This document shows positions 26,594 through 36,657 of a stretch of DNA of 64,000 nt, piece by piece (the stretch's first letter is position 1; each line of letters opens with the position of its first letter). This DNA comes from Candidatus Kaiserbacteria bacterium RIFCSPHIGHO2_01_FULL_46_22 (GTDB lineage Bacteria; Patescibacteriota; Minisyncoccia; Phycocordibacterales; UBA918), in the NCBI GenBank assembly GCA_001779595.1, contig MFKO01000002.1:22279-86278 (forward strand), given 5' to 3'. The notes under the pieces are model-generated. The model did no database searches. It was not told the DNA's origin and worked only from the letters and a program-made list of their open reading frames with translations. The position numbers were made by a program, and so were the translations under genes.

Positions 26594-26653
26594 TCTGATT
26601 CCAAGCTTACTGAGGTAAGCGCAAAGCCATTCGGTTTTTGCTACAATTATTGT

Positions 26654-27340
26654 ATGCAGAAACCGGTGGCTTTTTTTGATATAGATGGAACGGTCTTTCG
26701 CTCAAGCTTATTAATTGAGTTGGTAGAGAAGCTGGTAGAACATAAAATCTTTCCGGCCGAGGCCGAGGAATATTATTTAGAGGCTAAACAGAACTGGATT
26801 GATCGTGAAGGCGACTACGAAACATACATTGATGCAGTTGTAGAGTCTTTTCGGCATAATATCAAAGGCGTTTTTTATGGTGACTTGGCAGACATAGGTC
26901 GCGAAGTCGTTTCACTTCATAGTAAACGCGTTTACCGCTATACTCGTGACTTAATCGCTTCACTTAAAAGGGAAGGTTACTACTTAGTTGCTATATCGCA
27001 GTCGCCAAAAACTGTGCTGGATGAGTTTTGTCGTCAGTACGGTTTTGATAAGGTCTATGGCCGCATTTATGAAATTGGTCCACAGGATCGCTTTACCGGC
27101 GTGGTAGAAGGCGAGCATTTGATTGCCAACAAAGCCAATATAGTAGCCCGTGTTTTAAGTGAAGAAGGATTAACAGACAAAGGCTCAATTGGAGTTGGAG
27201 ATACTGAAGGTGATATGTCTTTGCTTGAAGCTGTAGAAAATCCGATTTGTTTCAATCCCAACCAAACGCTTTTCACTCACGCAAAACGTCGCAACTGGAA
27301 AGTTGTAGTGGAAAGAAAGGACGTGATTTATGAACTATAG
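26654..27340 (+). CDS. HAD-superfamily hydrolase (HAD-IB / SerB-like)
   Basis: FFDIDGTV motif I, GVGDTEGDMSLLE motif IV. Confidence 0.65.
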   Translation: MQKPVAFFDIDGTVFRSSLLIELVEKLVEHKIFPAEAEEYYLEAKQNWIDREGDYETYIDAVVESFRHNIKGVFYGDLADIGREVVSLHSKRVYRYTRDLIASLKREGYYLVAISQSPKTVLDEFCRQYGFDKVYGRIYEIGPQDRFTGVVEGEHLIANKANIVARVLSEEGLTDKGSIGVGDTEGDMSLLEAVENPICFNPNQTLFTHAKRRNWKVVVERKDVIYEL

Positions 27341-27355
27341 TTTACAATTAGTTCT

Positions 27356-28021
27356 ATGGAGATCGATAGGCACCAGAAACATAAATCGCAGGCAGGAATG
27401 AAGTCGTTGCCGGCCCGTACCTACATCATCAGGACTCTGACTGCTAATGATGTGGCATTCTGGGGCGCGGATGCATTTGTGTCAGTAGCACTGGCCCTGT
27501 TTGTAGTTTCTTTTATTGAAGGCGCAACAATACTTAATGTTGGTGTTGCTTTGATGATACATCGAGTGGTTGGAGCGTTTGCAGCGATTCCGATCGGGCG
27601 TTGGTTTGATAAACATAAAGGTCATCTGGACGAAGTCTGGGGCTTGTCTATTGCGTGTATGTTAGGTGGCTTCACTTACGTACTGCTTAGTTTTTCTACA
27701 GCGGTTTGGCAACTGTACGTAGCGATGTTCTTTTTGGGCATTTTTGCGGTCGTCAATCTTGCCTCTTGGCGCATTCTTTTTTATAGCAACGTCGATAGTG
27801 ATCAATTTGGACAAACAGTAGGTATTTATCAGACGATGTATTCCTTTGGCATTGGTCTTTTTTTGGTGATTGGAGGTTTTACCGGGGAACGTTTCGGCTA
27901 CGACACTGTACTGCTTGTGGGCGGATTGTTAATGGTTTTTGGCAGCACCTTGCCACTTCTGATCAGGGGATATTTCGATGAAGGAAACAAGAGTCATCGT
28001 CGGTCGAAGCGTTTAAAGTAA
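27356..28021 (+). CDS. Hypothetical membrane protein (about 6 TM)
   Basis: Hydrophobic helices; start uncertain. Confidence 0.35.
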   Translation: MEIDRHQKHKSQAGMKSLPARTYIIRTLTANDVAFWGADAFVSVALALFVVSFIEGATILNVGVALMIHRVVGAFAAIPIGRWFDKHKGHLDEVWGLSIACMLGGFTYVLLSFSTAVWQLYVAMFFLGIFAVVNLASWRILFYSNVDSDQFGQTVGIYQTMYSFGIGLFLVIGGFTGERFGYDTVLLVGGLLMVFGSTLPLLIRGYFDEGNKSHRRSKRLK

Positions 28022-28056
28022 TTTCATTTTGCCAGTGGCATTAATTGCATCCAACA

Positions 28057-28593
28057 ATGAACCTACTCAACTTACGACAATCTGCAAAAGGCTTCACTTT
28101 GATCGAATTGCTGGTGGTTATTGCAATTATTGGCATCTTAGCGAGTGTGGTAGTAGCGAGTCTTAGTACTGCCAGAGCAAAAAGTCGAGATGCCTGGAAG
28201 AAGAGCCAGCTTAAAACCATGCAAACTGCATTGGAGTTGTATTTTACTGACAACGGTCGTTATCCTGCGGGTGGTTGCGACAACGGTTCATGGTCACGAT
28301 CTTCTGATTGTCCGACAACATATATAACCGGTTTATCTTCTCAAATGTCTACGTTGCCTACTGGTCTGCAAACCGGCCACTCTTTCTTGTACTCTGCGCG
28401 TGCCAGCGACAATTATCAGAGCTATAAGTTGATGTACAGTCTTCCAGAAACAGAAACAGTTGATGGATCGCATCCTTTGGCTCGTTGTTCAAGTTCCTGC
28501 GCCGCAGGCACGTGGTGTATAACCACTGGTCTTTCTAGTAACCCGAGTTACTACGCAGTCGCAGCTGGAACAAATGCTGCTTGTAACTACTAA
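28057..28593 (+). CDS. Type IV pilin / pseudopilin (prepilin N-terminal methylation domain)
   Basis: AKG|FTLIELLVVIAIIGILASVVVASL class III signal peptide. Confidence 0.7.
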   Translation: MNLLNLRQSAKGFTLIELLVVIAIIGILASVVVASLSTARAKSRDAWKKSQLKTMQTALELYFTDNGRYPAGGCDNGSWSRSSDCPTTYITGLSSQMSTLPTGLQTGHSFLYSARASDNYQSYKLMYSLPETETVDGSHPLARCSSSCAAGTWCITTGLSSNPSYYAVAAGTNAACNY

Positions 28594-28602
28594 GGTTCAA
28601 AA

Positions 28603-28636
28603 AAGCCGCCGCGTCTGACGCGGCGGCTTTTTATTT
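28603..28636. terminator. Rho-independent terminator between convergent pilin and RNase J genes
   Basis: agccgccgcgtc-tga-cgcggcggct followed by TTTTT. Confidence 0.8.
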
Positions 28637-28644
28637 GTTTAAAT

Positions 28645-30672
28645 TTAGATACCAATCAGTACTGGAATCACCATCGGAGTCTTGTTGGTCTTTTGCATTA
28701 GGAAGCCAGAAACAGTGTTGGAAAGTTCATCCTTCACATAATCTAGATCAAGAGGATGCATTTTCTCAGTATGCTTCTCAACAGTTTTTTTGATGAGAAT
28801 GCGGGCTTCTGATAGTAGCTGTTGGTTCTCACGCAAGTAAACGAAGCCACGAGAAATAATGTCAGGCGACTTACGCAGCTTTCCGTTCTTGGTATTGACG
28901 GTCGCGATGATAACGAACATACCGTCTTCAGCGAGTGTCTGGCGGTCACGCAGCACCACTTCCTGCTTGGTGCCCACTGTGAAGCCATCTACCATCACAA
29001 GTTCGGTAGGGGCCTTTGCTTTTTGTACGGTCATCTCACCATTCTTGAAGTCGATTAGGAAGCCGTTGTCTGGTACCACAATGTTTTCGCGAGGGAAACC
29101 GTTTTCGATTGCCGTATACATATGGCTCTTCAAGTGGTAATGGTGGCCGTGTACTGGGATCAAGAATTTCGGACGAATCGCCTGACGTACCCAATTTAGT
29201 TCACCAGCATTACCGTGGCCAGAGGAGTGCACTGCCGCGCTGCGGTAGTTGATAACCTTCACATTCTTGCGGTAGATATTGTCCTTTAATTTCTGAACAG
29301 CAATCTCGTTACCGGGAATCACCGATGAAGACAACACAATAGTGTCGCGTTCAGTTAGTGTGATCTGCTTATGCTTATCGGTTGCGATTCGCATCAGAGC
29401 AGCAAATTCCTCACCCTGCGCACCAGTGGAAAGGATAACGATGCGATCTGATGGGTAGTCGCCCATATCACCAGCATTGATAAATATTTTATCGTCAACT
29501 TCCAATAGTTTTGCTGTCCGAGCGATGTCTATGTTGGTTTTGATACTGCGACCTTCCAGTACGACTTTTTTGCCGTATTTCTCGCAGGATTTTATGATCG
29601 AAGTTAGTCGCTCAAATTGTGAAGCAAACGTACCAATGATCATACGGCCGGTACTGTTTTTGATGATGGCATCAAGATTTGAAAGAACCAAACCTTCCGA
29701 TGCAGAAAATCCCTCACGGTCAGCATTGGTCGAGTCACAAATCAAAACTAGGTTGTTGTTTTTGCCCATCTTCTCCCAGCTCTCACGTTCATCCAAATCC
29801 ACTTCACCATCTTCATGAGTAAGGCGGATGTCACCAGTGATTACAATATCGCCCTGGTTGGTCTCCACAGATACTCCCATCGCGTCAGGAATTGAGTGAG
29901 TGACAGGGAAGGTTTTGATTCTCATCTTGCCAACAGTGAAAGAATCACCCTCTTTGACAACGTGCATATCAACAGGGTCTAGATGAGGAAATTCTTCTTG
30001 ACGCTTCTTGATCATTAGTGAGGTCAAGTACTGGGTGTAAATTGGCGGGTTACCAATACGTTCCATTACAAATGGAATACCACCGATGTGATCGAGGTGT
30101 CCGTGAGTGACTACTAGAGCTCGGATCTTATGCTTTCGTTCCTCGACATACTGAGTATTAGGCAAGATGTAGTTGATACCTGGAGCGTTAGATTCTTCGG
30201 ATACGAATTGAAAACCAATGTCGAAAATAACCATGTCGTCCTTTGTTTCAACCACTGTCATGTTACGACCGATTTCTTCAACGCCGCTCATCGGAATCAC
30301 ACGTACAGTCTCGTCATCAGTAATTTCTGGCAGGCGAGGAGATTTCTCGTCAGTGACAGAAATACGGTGTTGAAGAGCCGGCGCTTTGTTGGAGCGGCGT
30401 TTGTTCGCAAAGCGAGAAGGACGGCGAGAGCCACCGCGTCGCTCGCCGGCACTGTCATTGGTGCGGCCAGCAGGGCGGGGTGCGGCGCTTTTTGTTTCTG
30501 TGCTGACACCAGTAGCACTACCTGTGCCTGTACCAGCTACATTGTTGCGGGAGGGCGCACCACGATAGTTACTGCGTGAGCCAAAACGGGTTCGGCTTCC
30601 GCCGCTACCACCAAATGGACGTCGGCGACTACCGCCTGTGGCCTTTGGTCCATTATTTTGATTATTATCCAT
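28645..30672 (-). CDS. rnj: Ribonuclease J (beta-CASP metallo-beta-lactamase) with ~110-aa Arg/Gly/Ser-rich N-terminal extension
   Basis: VTHGHLDHIGGIP HxHxDH motif and beta-CASP region; N-terminus MDNNQNNGPKATGGSRRRPFGGSGGSRTRFGSRSNYRGAPSRN... Confidence 0.8.
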   Translation of the reverse strand: MDNNQNNGPKATGGSRRRPFGGSGGSRTRFGSRSNYRGAPSRNNVAGTGTGSATGVSTETKSAAPRPAGRTNDSAGERRGGSRRPSRFANKRRSNKAPALQHRISVTDEKSPRLPEITDDETVRVIPMSGVEEIGRNMTVVETKDDMVIFDIGFQFVSEESNAPGINYILPNTQYVEERKHKIRALVVTHGHLDHIGGIPFVMERIGNPPIYTQYLTSLMIKKRQEEFPHLDPVDMHVVKEGDSFTVGKMRIKTFPVTHSIPDAMGVSVETNQGDIVITGDIRLTHEDGEVDLDERESWEKMGKNNNLVLICDSTNADREGFSASEGLVLSNLDAIIKNSTGRMIIGTFASQFERLTSIIKSCEKYGKKVVLEGRSIKTNIDIARTAKLLEVDDKIFINAGDMGDYPSDRIVILSTGAQGEEFAALMRIATDKHKQITLTERDTIVLSSSVIPGNEIAVQKLKDNIYRKNVKVINYRSAAVHSSGHGNAGELNWVRQAIRPKFLIPVHGHHYHLKSHMYTAIENGFPRENIVVPDNGFLIDFKNGEMTVQKAKAPTELVMVDGFTVGTKQEVVLRDRQTLAEDGMFVIIATVNTKNGKLRKSPDIISRGFVYLRENQQLLSEARILIKKTVEKHTEKMHPLDLDYVKDELSNTVSGFLMQKTNKTPMVIPVLIGI

Positions 30673-30713
30673 ATTAGTTAGTTAAATTTTTAATTAAGTT
30701 GATTTTCAATAAG

Positions 30714-32450
30714 TTAGTTTTGCTCGGTAAAAAATGGCCAAACTCCATTCTCGTTGGTGTACCATTTTGTTACGTTGGCGAATCGTTCGCTCGGTCGCTG
30801 CAATCGTTTCATCTCCGTAGTCTTGATGCGAGAACTTACAACGTATTCAAAAGAGGGAGCAAATAAGAAGGTGGCCGGTTGTTCATTGGCGATCTCGGTA
30901 GCAAAGCGTCCTAATAGATCGTTGCGTGAATCGCTGGATGTGGCAGTACGTAGTTCTGCTACTAGTTGATCAACTGCGATGTTGGCGTAAAGAGAGACGT
31001 TCAGTCCTGGGTCTTCTCTTTGTGATGAGTGCCAAAACGGATAGAGATCAAGCGAGCGTCCAATGTCAGCTCCGAAAAGCAAAACCTGATAGTCACGTGG
31101 TCGAATGATAGTTTGCACTAGGTCACTCTGTTCGTATAGTTCCACTGATACATCTACTCCTAGTTCCTGCCAGACCCTTGTCAGATAGCTGCTAACCGTT
31201 TCGAAAAGCAGACTGTTTCCTGAACGCATAGTCAATGTTAGCGGAGTGTCGATGTCGTCGATATTCTTTTCATAGCGGCCGTTTTCACCGATTGACCAAC
31301 CGCCAGCTTCAAGGATTTGTCGAGCGGCCTGTATACGTTCTTCTTCTGTGGAATAACCTGATTCCGTCTCTGGTATATCAGTGAAGTCAGGAGGAAGAGG
31401 AGAGTTGGCGACTCGGCCATAACCGTTCACAGCAAGCTTGAGTAACTCGTTGCGGTCAACCACTACAGATAGTGCTTCACGAACCGCCTTGTCTCGCAGG
31501 GCAGAGTTTTTGTTCTGGTTATAAAAAACTGAAAAGATGCGCGGAAGTGGTTCGCTGATGAAATTAAAATCAGCTCGGGGTACCTCTGGAAGCCAACGTT
31601 CCGTCAGAGCCGCAGTGGCGTTGATCTCGCCTTCTTTAAGTGCATTTAAAATTGCTTCTTCGTTTTGATAGAAACGAATAGTTATATGATTGAGATTGGT
31701 TTTCTCATTGTAGTGCGGCGATACGCGTAGCTTGTATTCAGATACCAATCCGGCTGGATTACGGCCGATTTCTTCAACTTCGTAAGGACCGCTACCAATT
31801 GGCTCGATATTGCGTTGGCTGAATGGCAACTCTTCATCAGACAATGTCTCCCAGATGTGTTTTGGCAAGATGCCAACAGTTAGGTTTTCTGCGAACGGCG
31901 CATAGGGGTTTTCCAACACAAAGTTTATTTCGTGTCGCCCAATTAGTTCTACCGTCACGCCGCTCCAGTTGCCCAAAAGCGGGGATTTCAAACTAGGATT
32001 CTGAATTAAGGCCACTGTGTAAGCGACGTCTTCAGCCGTTACTGATGAACCGTCATGCCATTTGCGATCTTGGCGCAAAATAACGTTATAGACCCTTCCA
32101 TCATCTGAGACTGTGACTGACTCAGCCAAATCATTCTCGAACTCACCCGTTGGAGACAGCTTTAGGATTCCGCTGTAAGTGAGCGCGACTAAGTCATGAT
32201 CAGCGCGGGTAATTGCAAGGACAGGATTAATGAAACGCGGACTACCTACAGAGCCTTCTACCAAACGTCCACCATCTTCGGGAACGCTCACCAAAAAGGA
32301 CCGGTTGAGAGAAACAACGTTGATGATAAGTGAGACAAAAAAGATCAGAAATAACGCACCGAAAATTAGTCGGTCGAAAGGTCTTAGTTGGTCAAGATAG
32401 TTGAACCAGCGGTCCAACCAGCTTGAGCGAGGGAGTAGGGGCAGGCTCAT
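30714..32450 (-). CDS. ABC transporter substrate-binding protein, family 5 (peptide/nickel type), membrane-anchored
   Basis: Size, N-terminal TM and overall SBP_bac_5-like pattern. Confidence 0.55.
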   Translation of the reverse strand: MSLPLLPRSSWLDRWFNYLDQLRPFDRLIFGALFLIFFVSLIINVVSLNRSFLVSVPEDGGRLVEGSVGSPRFINPVLAITRADHDLVALTYSGILKLSPTGEFENDLAESVTVSDDGRVYNVILRQDRKWHDGSSVTAEDVAYTVALIQNPSLKSPLLGNWSGVTVELIGRHEINFVLENPYAPFAENLTVGILPKHIWETLSDEELPFSQRNIEPIGSGPYEVEEIGRNPAGLVSEYKLRVSPHYNEKTNLNHITIRFYQNEEAILNALKEGEINATAALTERWLPEVPRADFNFISEPLPRIFSVFYNQNKNSALRDKAVREALSVVVDRNELLKLAVNGYGRVANSPLPPDFTDIPETESGYSTEEERIQAARQILEAGGWSIGENGRYEKNIDDIDTPLTLTMRSGNSLLFETVSSYLTRVWQELGVDVSVELYEQSDLVQTIIRPRDYQVLLFGADIGRSLDLYPFWHSSQREDPGLNVSLYANIAVDQLVAELRTATSSDSRNDLLGRFATEIANEQPATFLFAPSFEYVVSSRIKTTEMKRLQRPSERFANVTKWYTNENGVWPFFTEQN

Positions 32451-32539
32451 TTAAGTAAGCGAAGTTGTTAACAAAACCCGTTTAGGGTCAATACAATACA
32501 TTCCAAGGAAATTCGACCGTCTGCCGAAGGGAAATTGGT

Positions 32540-32782
32540 CTAGAAGGCTATGTTGAGGAGTGCGGAAAGCACAAACAAAACCGCCAAGACTATGGTAAGA
32601 CGGAAAAGGAAAAGTTCACTGCCGCGGCGCTTATGAAAAGCCGCAGAGAAATTATCACCTCCAAAAGCTCCGCCCAAGCTCGATCCGCGTTGCTGCAATA
32701 GAATAGTTGCAATCAATAATACGGAGAGAGCGATCTGGATGTAAGGCAGTACCGGAAGTACGACTGATCGGACGAATTCCAT
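32540..32782 (-). CDS. secG: Preprotein translocase subunit SecG
   Basis: ...ILLQQRGSSLGGAFGG... and second TM ...RLTIVLAVLFVLSALL...; internal Met chosen as start (81 aa). Confidence 0.65.
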   Translation of the reverse strand: MEFVRSVVLPVLPYIQIALSVLLIATILLQQRGSSLGGAFGGDNFSAAFHKRRGSELFLFRLTIVLAVLFVLSALLNIAF

Positions 32783-32965
32783 GTCGTTGACAACGATATC
32801 ATAGCGACTTAAAAACGGCAAACGAACAAGGGGTGGTCAAAATATACCCGGAAATATTGAGATCGTTGAGAGTTTATACAGTTTCAACTATAATCAGTGC
32901 GCTACGGTGGAGTGTGTCCGAAATGTCTTGGTCTACCGAGTATTAAAATTAAAACTTTTTTATCT

Positions 32966-33277
32966 ATGTCAGAAATCAATCTCAAGCCACTCGCTGATCG
33001 TGTTGTGGTCCGTCCGCTGACCGATGAAGAAGCGGGAAACGTGTCTGCATCCGGAATCATTATTCCTGATACTGCAAAGGAGGAAAAACCAGAGCAGGGT
33101 GTGGTAATGGCAGTAGGTGCTGGTAAGTGGGACGAAGATGGCGAAAAGCGTTTGCCACTCGATGTAAAGGTGGGTGACCGGATAGTGTTTTCGAAGTATG
33201 GCTACGACGAAGTGAAGTTGAGCGGTGAAAAGTACTATATTCTGTCTGAAACAAGTATCTTAGCGATTATTAACTAG
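32966..33277 (+). CDS. groES: Co-chaperonin GroES
   Basis: MSEINLKPLADRVVVRP...GDRIVFSKYG; directly upstream of groEL. Confidence 0.85.
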   Translation: MSEINLKPLADRVVVRPLTDEEAGNVSASGIIIPDTAKEEKPEQGVVMAVGAGKWDEDGEKRLPLDVKVGDRIVFSKYGYDEVKLSGEKYYILSETSILAIIN

Positions 33278-33304
33278 ACCTGAAAGTAAAACCAAATAAA
33301 AAAT

Positions 33305-34960
33305 ATGGCAAAGCAGGTTATTTTCGATGAAGAGGTAAAGAAGAAGCTCAAGGCTGGTGTTGATACTGTCGCCAATGCTGTGAAAGTAACACTGGGTCCG
33401 CGCGGCCGTAATGTGGTTCTTGATAAAGGTTATGGCGGCCCTACTATCACGAACGATGGTGTTTCGATTGCTAAAGAGATCACTCTCCGCGACAAATTTG
33501 AAAATATGGGTGCGGAGATTGTGAAGGAAGTTGCCAACAAGACCAATGAACAAGCTGGCGACGGTACTACTACTGCTACTGTTCTGACTCAGGCATTGGT
33601 ACACGAAGGTCTGCGGCAGACTTCGATGGGCCTTAATTCAATGGCGGTTCGTCATGGAATGGAGCATGCGGCCGCTGACGTGGTAGAGACTTTGCGTAAG
33701 ATGGCGACGCAGGTTTCAAATTCCGACGAGATCAAACAAGTCGCTACCATCTCAGCAGAATCAGCCGAGATTGGTGAGAAGATTGCTGAAACCATTGAAA
33801 AGGTTGGTAAAGACGGTGTGGTAACTGTAGAGGAAGGCCAGACAATGGGCATCGAAACTGAATACACCGAAGGAATGGAATTCGATAAGGGATTTGTCTC
33901 GGCTTATATGGTGACCAATACCGAGAGAATGGAAGCTGAGTACAAAGACGCGCAAATTCTGATTACTGACAAGAAGGTTTCCAGTGTTAAAGATATCTTG
34001 CCACTATTGGAAAAGGTGGCGCAGGCTGGCCGCAAAGAACTCGTCATTATTGCTGACGATGTTGATGGGGAAGCACTGACCACTTTTGTTGTGAATAAGT
34101 TGAAAGGTGGATTCTCAGTATTGGCTATCAAGGCCCCGGGCTATGGCGACCGAAAGAAAGAGATGTTGCAAGACATCGCGGCTTTAACTGGAGGTCAGTT
34201 GGTCAGCGAAGAACTTGGCCGTAAGCTTGAAAACACGGAACTTTCCGATCTTGGTCGGGCCGATCGTGTTACCTCTAATAAAGACAAAACCATTATCGTT
34301 GGTGGCGCAGGTGACAAGAAAGCAATCGAAGACCGGGTGGCTTCTTTGCGAAAGATATTGGAGGATACAACTTCCAAATACGATAAAGAAAAACTAGAAG
34401 AACGGATTGCAAAACTCACGGGCGGAGTGGCTGTACTTCGAGTTGGTGCTGCGACTGAGACAGAAATGAAGTATCTAAAGCTCAAGATCGAAGATGCTGT
34501 TAATGCTACTAAGGCAGCTCTCGAAGAAGGTATTGTGCCAGGCGGCGGTATTGCGCTCACTCGTGCCGCGGCGATCGTTGAAAAAGAAATTCTTGATAAA
34601 AAAGATCTAGAGCGTGAAGAGATGGTTGGTTACAACATTGTGCTAAAGGCACTTGAAGTGCCTTTGCGACAGATTGCAGACAACACCGGCAAGATTGACG
34701 GTGCCGTCGTGGTGCAAAAAGTTAAAGAATCCGGTGGCAACAGTGGTTACGATGCTTACAAAGGCGAGTTTGTGGAAGATATGATTGCAGCTGGCATCAT
34801 TGACCCAGTTAAGGTAGAACGCGCGGCGGTACAAAATGCTGTGTCGGCCGCTGCTATACTGCTCACTTCGGAAGTGGCGATTGCTGATGAGCCGGAAGAT
34901 TCTAAACATTCACATGGTGGAGGCGGTGGAGGAATGCAAGATATGGGTGGGATGTATTAA
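33305..34960 (+). CDS. groEL: Chaperonin GroEL
   Basis: [10 protein letters not shown]...[11 protein letters not shown]...; C-terminal [14 protein letters not shown] tail. Confidence 0.95.
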   Translation: MAKQVIFDEEVKKKLKAGVDTVANAVKVTLGPRGRNVVLDKGYGGPTITNDGVSIAKEITLRDKFENMGAEIVKEVANKTNEQAGDGTTTATVLTQALVHEGLRQTSMGLNSMAVRHGMEHAAADVVETLRKMATQVSNSDEIKQVATISAESAEIGEKIAETIEKVGKDGVVTVEEGQTMGIETEYTEGMEFDKGFVSAYMVTNTERMEAEYKDAQILITDKKVSSVKDILPLLEKVAQAGRKELVIIADDVDGEALTTFVVNKLKGGFSVLAIKAPGYGDRKKEMLQDIAALTGGQLVSEELGRKLENTELSDLGRADRVTSNKDKTIIVGGAGDKKAIEDRVASLRKILEDTTSKYDKEKLEERIAKLTGGVAVLRVGAATETEMKYLKLKIEDAVNATKAALEEGIVPGGGIALTRAAAIVEKEILDKKDLEREEMVGYNIVLKALEVPLRQIADNTGKIDGAVVVQKVKESGGNSGYDAYKGEFVEDMIAAGIIDPVKVERAAVQNAVSAAAILLTSEVAIADEPEDSKHSHGGGGGGMQDMGGMY

Positions 34961-35102
34961 AACTTTCAAAATCCGCCCATAAGCACCAGTTTCGGAAATT
35001 TTACTCGGTCAATGTAGGAGCCTCTACACCTCCCTCATAAAATTTCCTCCAACTGGCACTTCTGCATCCAATTTTGAAAGCTTTAAAATTTGAGAATAAT
35101 AA

Positions 35103-35146
35103 AACGGGGCGAGACTCATCTGAGTCCGCCCCGTTTGCGTTTATTC
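35103..35146. terminator. Rho-independent terminator (bidirectional position)
   Basis: acggggcgagactca-tc-tgagtccgccccgt stem with one bulge, followed by a T-rich run. Confidence 0.75.
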
Positions 35147-35587
35147 TCGCGCGATCCTTGCGATTGTCTCGGCAAGAACCTTTGAGACGACCGGAGTTCG
35201 TATGAACTCAACTCTTGCCTTGTTGAAGTCAAAGTTGAACAATGTCTCCCTTTCGGGGGTCATAAAGAGAATCGGTCCATCCTTCCAATTTGTGTTTCGT
35301 AGATGTTGGATGTCCCTTATGCCGACCTGCCGACTGGCGATCCAGTCGTAAACGACAACCAATTTAAACTCGCCGAACGCGGTGGTTTCGGTGAGTTCGA
35401 TCAGTTTCTCCGCTACTTCTCCGGAGGGACTGAAAACAACCCTACAACCTACATTGGACAGGTTGGTTTGTGCCTCGTGCGATTCTCCAATGCATAAGAC
35501 TTTGACCATTTGCTCAAACATCGCGCATTCTCCTTGTTGCGAGGTGACAATCTGGCCGTATCGTACAATAACTTGCATTTGTGTCAA
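35141..35587 (-). CDS. Possible receiver (REC)-like domain protein, likely pseudo-receiver
   Basis: KVLCIGES...KLVVVYDW...ILFMTP... follows the REC-fold spacing but with Glu in place of the first acidic pair. Confidence 0.35.
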   Translation of the reverse strand: MTQMQVIVRYGQIVTSQQGECAMFEQMVKVLCIGESHEAQTNLSNVGCRVVFSPSGEVAEKLIELTETTAFGEFKLVVVYDWIASRQVGIRDIQHLRNTNWKDGPILFMTPERETLFNFDFNKARVEFIRTPVVSKVLAETIARIARE

Positions 35588-35634
35588 AAATGCTAAAATG
35601 AAGGTATTAAAATAATTTCCTAATAATTCTCTCT

Positions 35635-36222
35635 ATGAGCCCAATGATTATTGCTGTAGTTGTCCTAGTTGTTGTTGGAGTGTGGATAGTTTGGGCGTAC
35701 AACCGTTTTGTTCGTTTGGTTCAACACACTAGCGAAGCTTGGGCGGACATTGATGTGCAGTTGAAGCGACGTTACGACCTCATTCCAAACTTGATCGAGT
35801 CGGTAAAAGGTTATATGGGTCATGAGCGAGGAACTTTGGATGATGTTACTGAAGCACGCGCCAAGGCTACTCAAGTTCATGTTGATCCAACTAACATAAC
35901 TCCAGATCAGATTAGAGCCATGGCAGAGTCAGAAGGTGCTCTATCTGCTTCGCTTGGAAAGTTGCTGGCAGTAGCGGAAAGTTACCCTGACCTTAAAGCC
36001 AGTCAGAACTTCGTTGAGCTGCAACGGGAACTTACCGATACTGAAAACAAAATCCAAGCTGCTCGCCGCTTTTACAACGGCAATGTGCGCGACCTTGGTA
36101 TTGCACTAGAGTCATTCCCAAATAATATCATCGGCAATGCATTCAACTTCAAAGGTCGAGAATACTTTGAACTTGGTGAAAACGAAGAAGCTGCTCGTGA
36201 ACCAGTGAAGGTACAATTCTAA
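35635..36222 (+). CDS. lemA: LemA family protein
   Basis: N-terminal TM then ...AWADIDVQLKRRYDLIPNLIESVKGY...NFVELQRELTDTENKIQAARRFYN... Confidence 0.8.
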   Translation: MSPMIIAVVVLVVVGVWIVWAYNRFVRLVQHTSEAWADIDVQLKRRYDLIPNLIESVKGYMGHERGTLDDVTEARAKATQVHVDPTNITPDQIRAMAESEGALSASLGKLLAVAESYPDLKASQNFVELQRELTDTENKIQAARRFYNGNVRDLGIALESFPNNIIGNAFNFKGREYFELGENEEAAREPVKVQF

Positions 36223-36228
36223 TCAGTT

Positions 36229-36654
36229 ATGAAGCGCTACACGGTAGGGTTGATATTTAACTCAACTTTAACTGAGGTGGTGTTGATGGATAAGACTCAT
36301 CCTGATTGGCAGAAAGGAAAGCTAAATGGAATCGGTGGTCGCATTGAGGATGGAGAGTCTAGCGTAGATTGTATTGTGCGCGAAACAAGGGAGGAGACTG
36401 ATCTGGAAACCATATCTTCGAATTGGCAGTTGTTTGCAACTATCGCAGAAGGTGACTCCGAGGTTGATTTTTTTGGTTTAGTACATTTTGGCTCAAAAGA
36501 TGATATCAAAACAGTTACTGATGAAAAAGTGAGTTGGTATCCAGTCAAAGCAATACCTGAAAATGCGATCATGAACATACATTGGCTTATTCCGATGGCG
36601 ATGGAAAAGTTGAAGGGAGGAATTTTTGATATTGCAAAAATAAAGTATAAATAG
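36229..36654 (+). CDS. NUDIX hydrolase
   Basis: Nudix box GIGGRIEDGESSVDCIVRETREETDL. Confidence 0.7.
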   Translation: MKRYTVGLIFNSTLTEVVLMDKTHPDWQKGKLNGIGGRIEDGESSVDCIVRETREETDLETISSNWQLFATIAEGDSEVDFFGLVHFGSKDDIKTVTDEKVSWYPVKAIPENAIMNIHWLIPMAMEKLKGGIFDIAKIKYK

Positions 36655-36657
36655 AAT

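Noticed and set aside
30130-30579. 149-aa plus-strand ORF antisense to the RNase J N-terminal region
   Set aside because: It lies wholly inside the RNase J reading frame in a GC-rich stretch. It is probably a GC artefact.
32830-32965. Looked for a CIRCE (TTAGCACTC-N9-GAGTGCTAA) operator upstream of groES
   Set aside because: No inverted repeat of that form is present. Only a TATAAT -10-like box was seen, so HrcA control is not supported here.
33652-34909. Several 60-120-aa minus-strand ORFs inside groEL
   Set aside because: They are antisense within a highly conserved gene and have no start signals.
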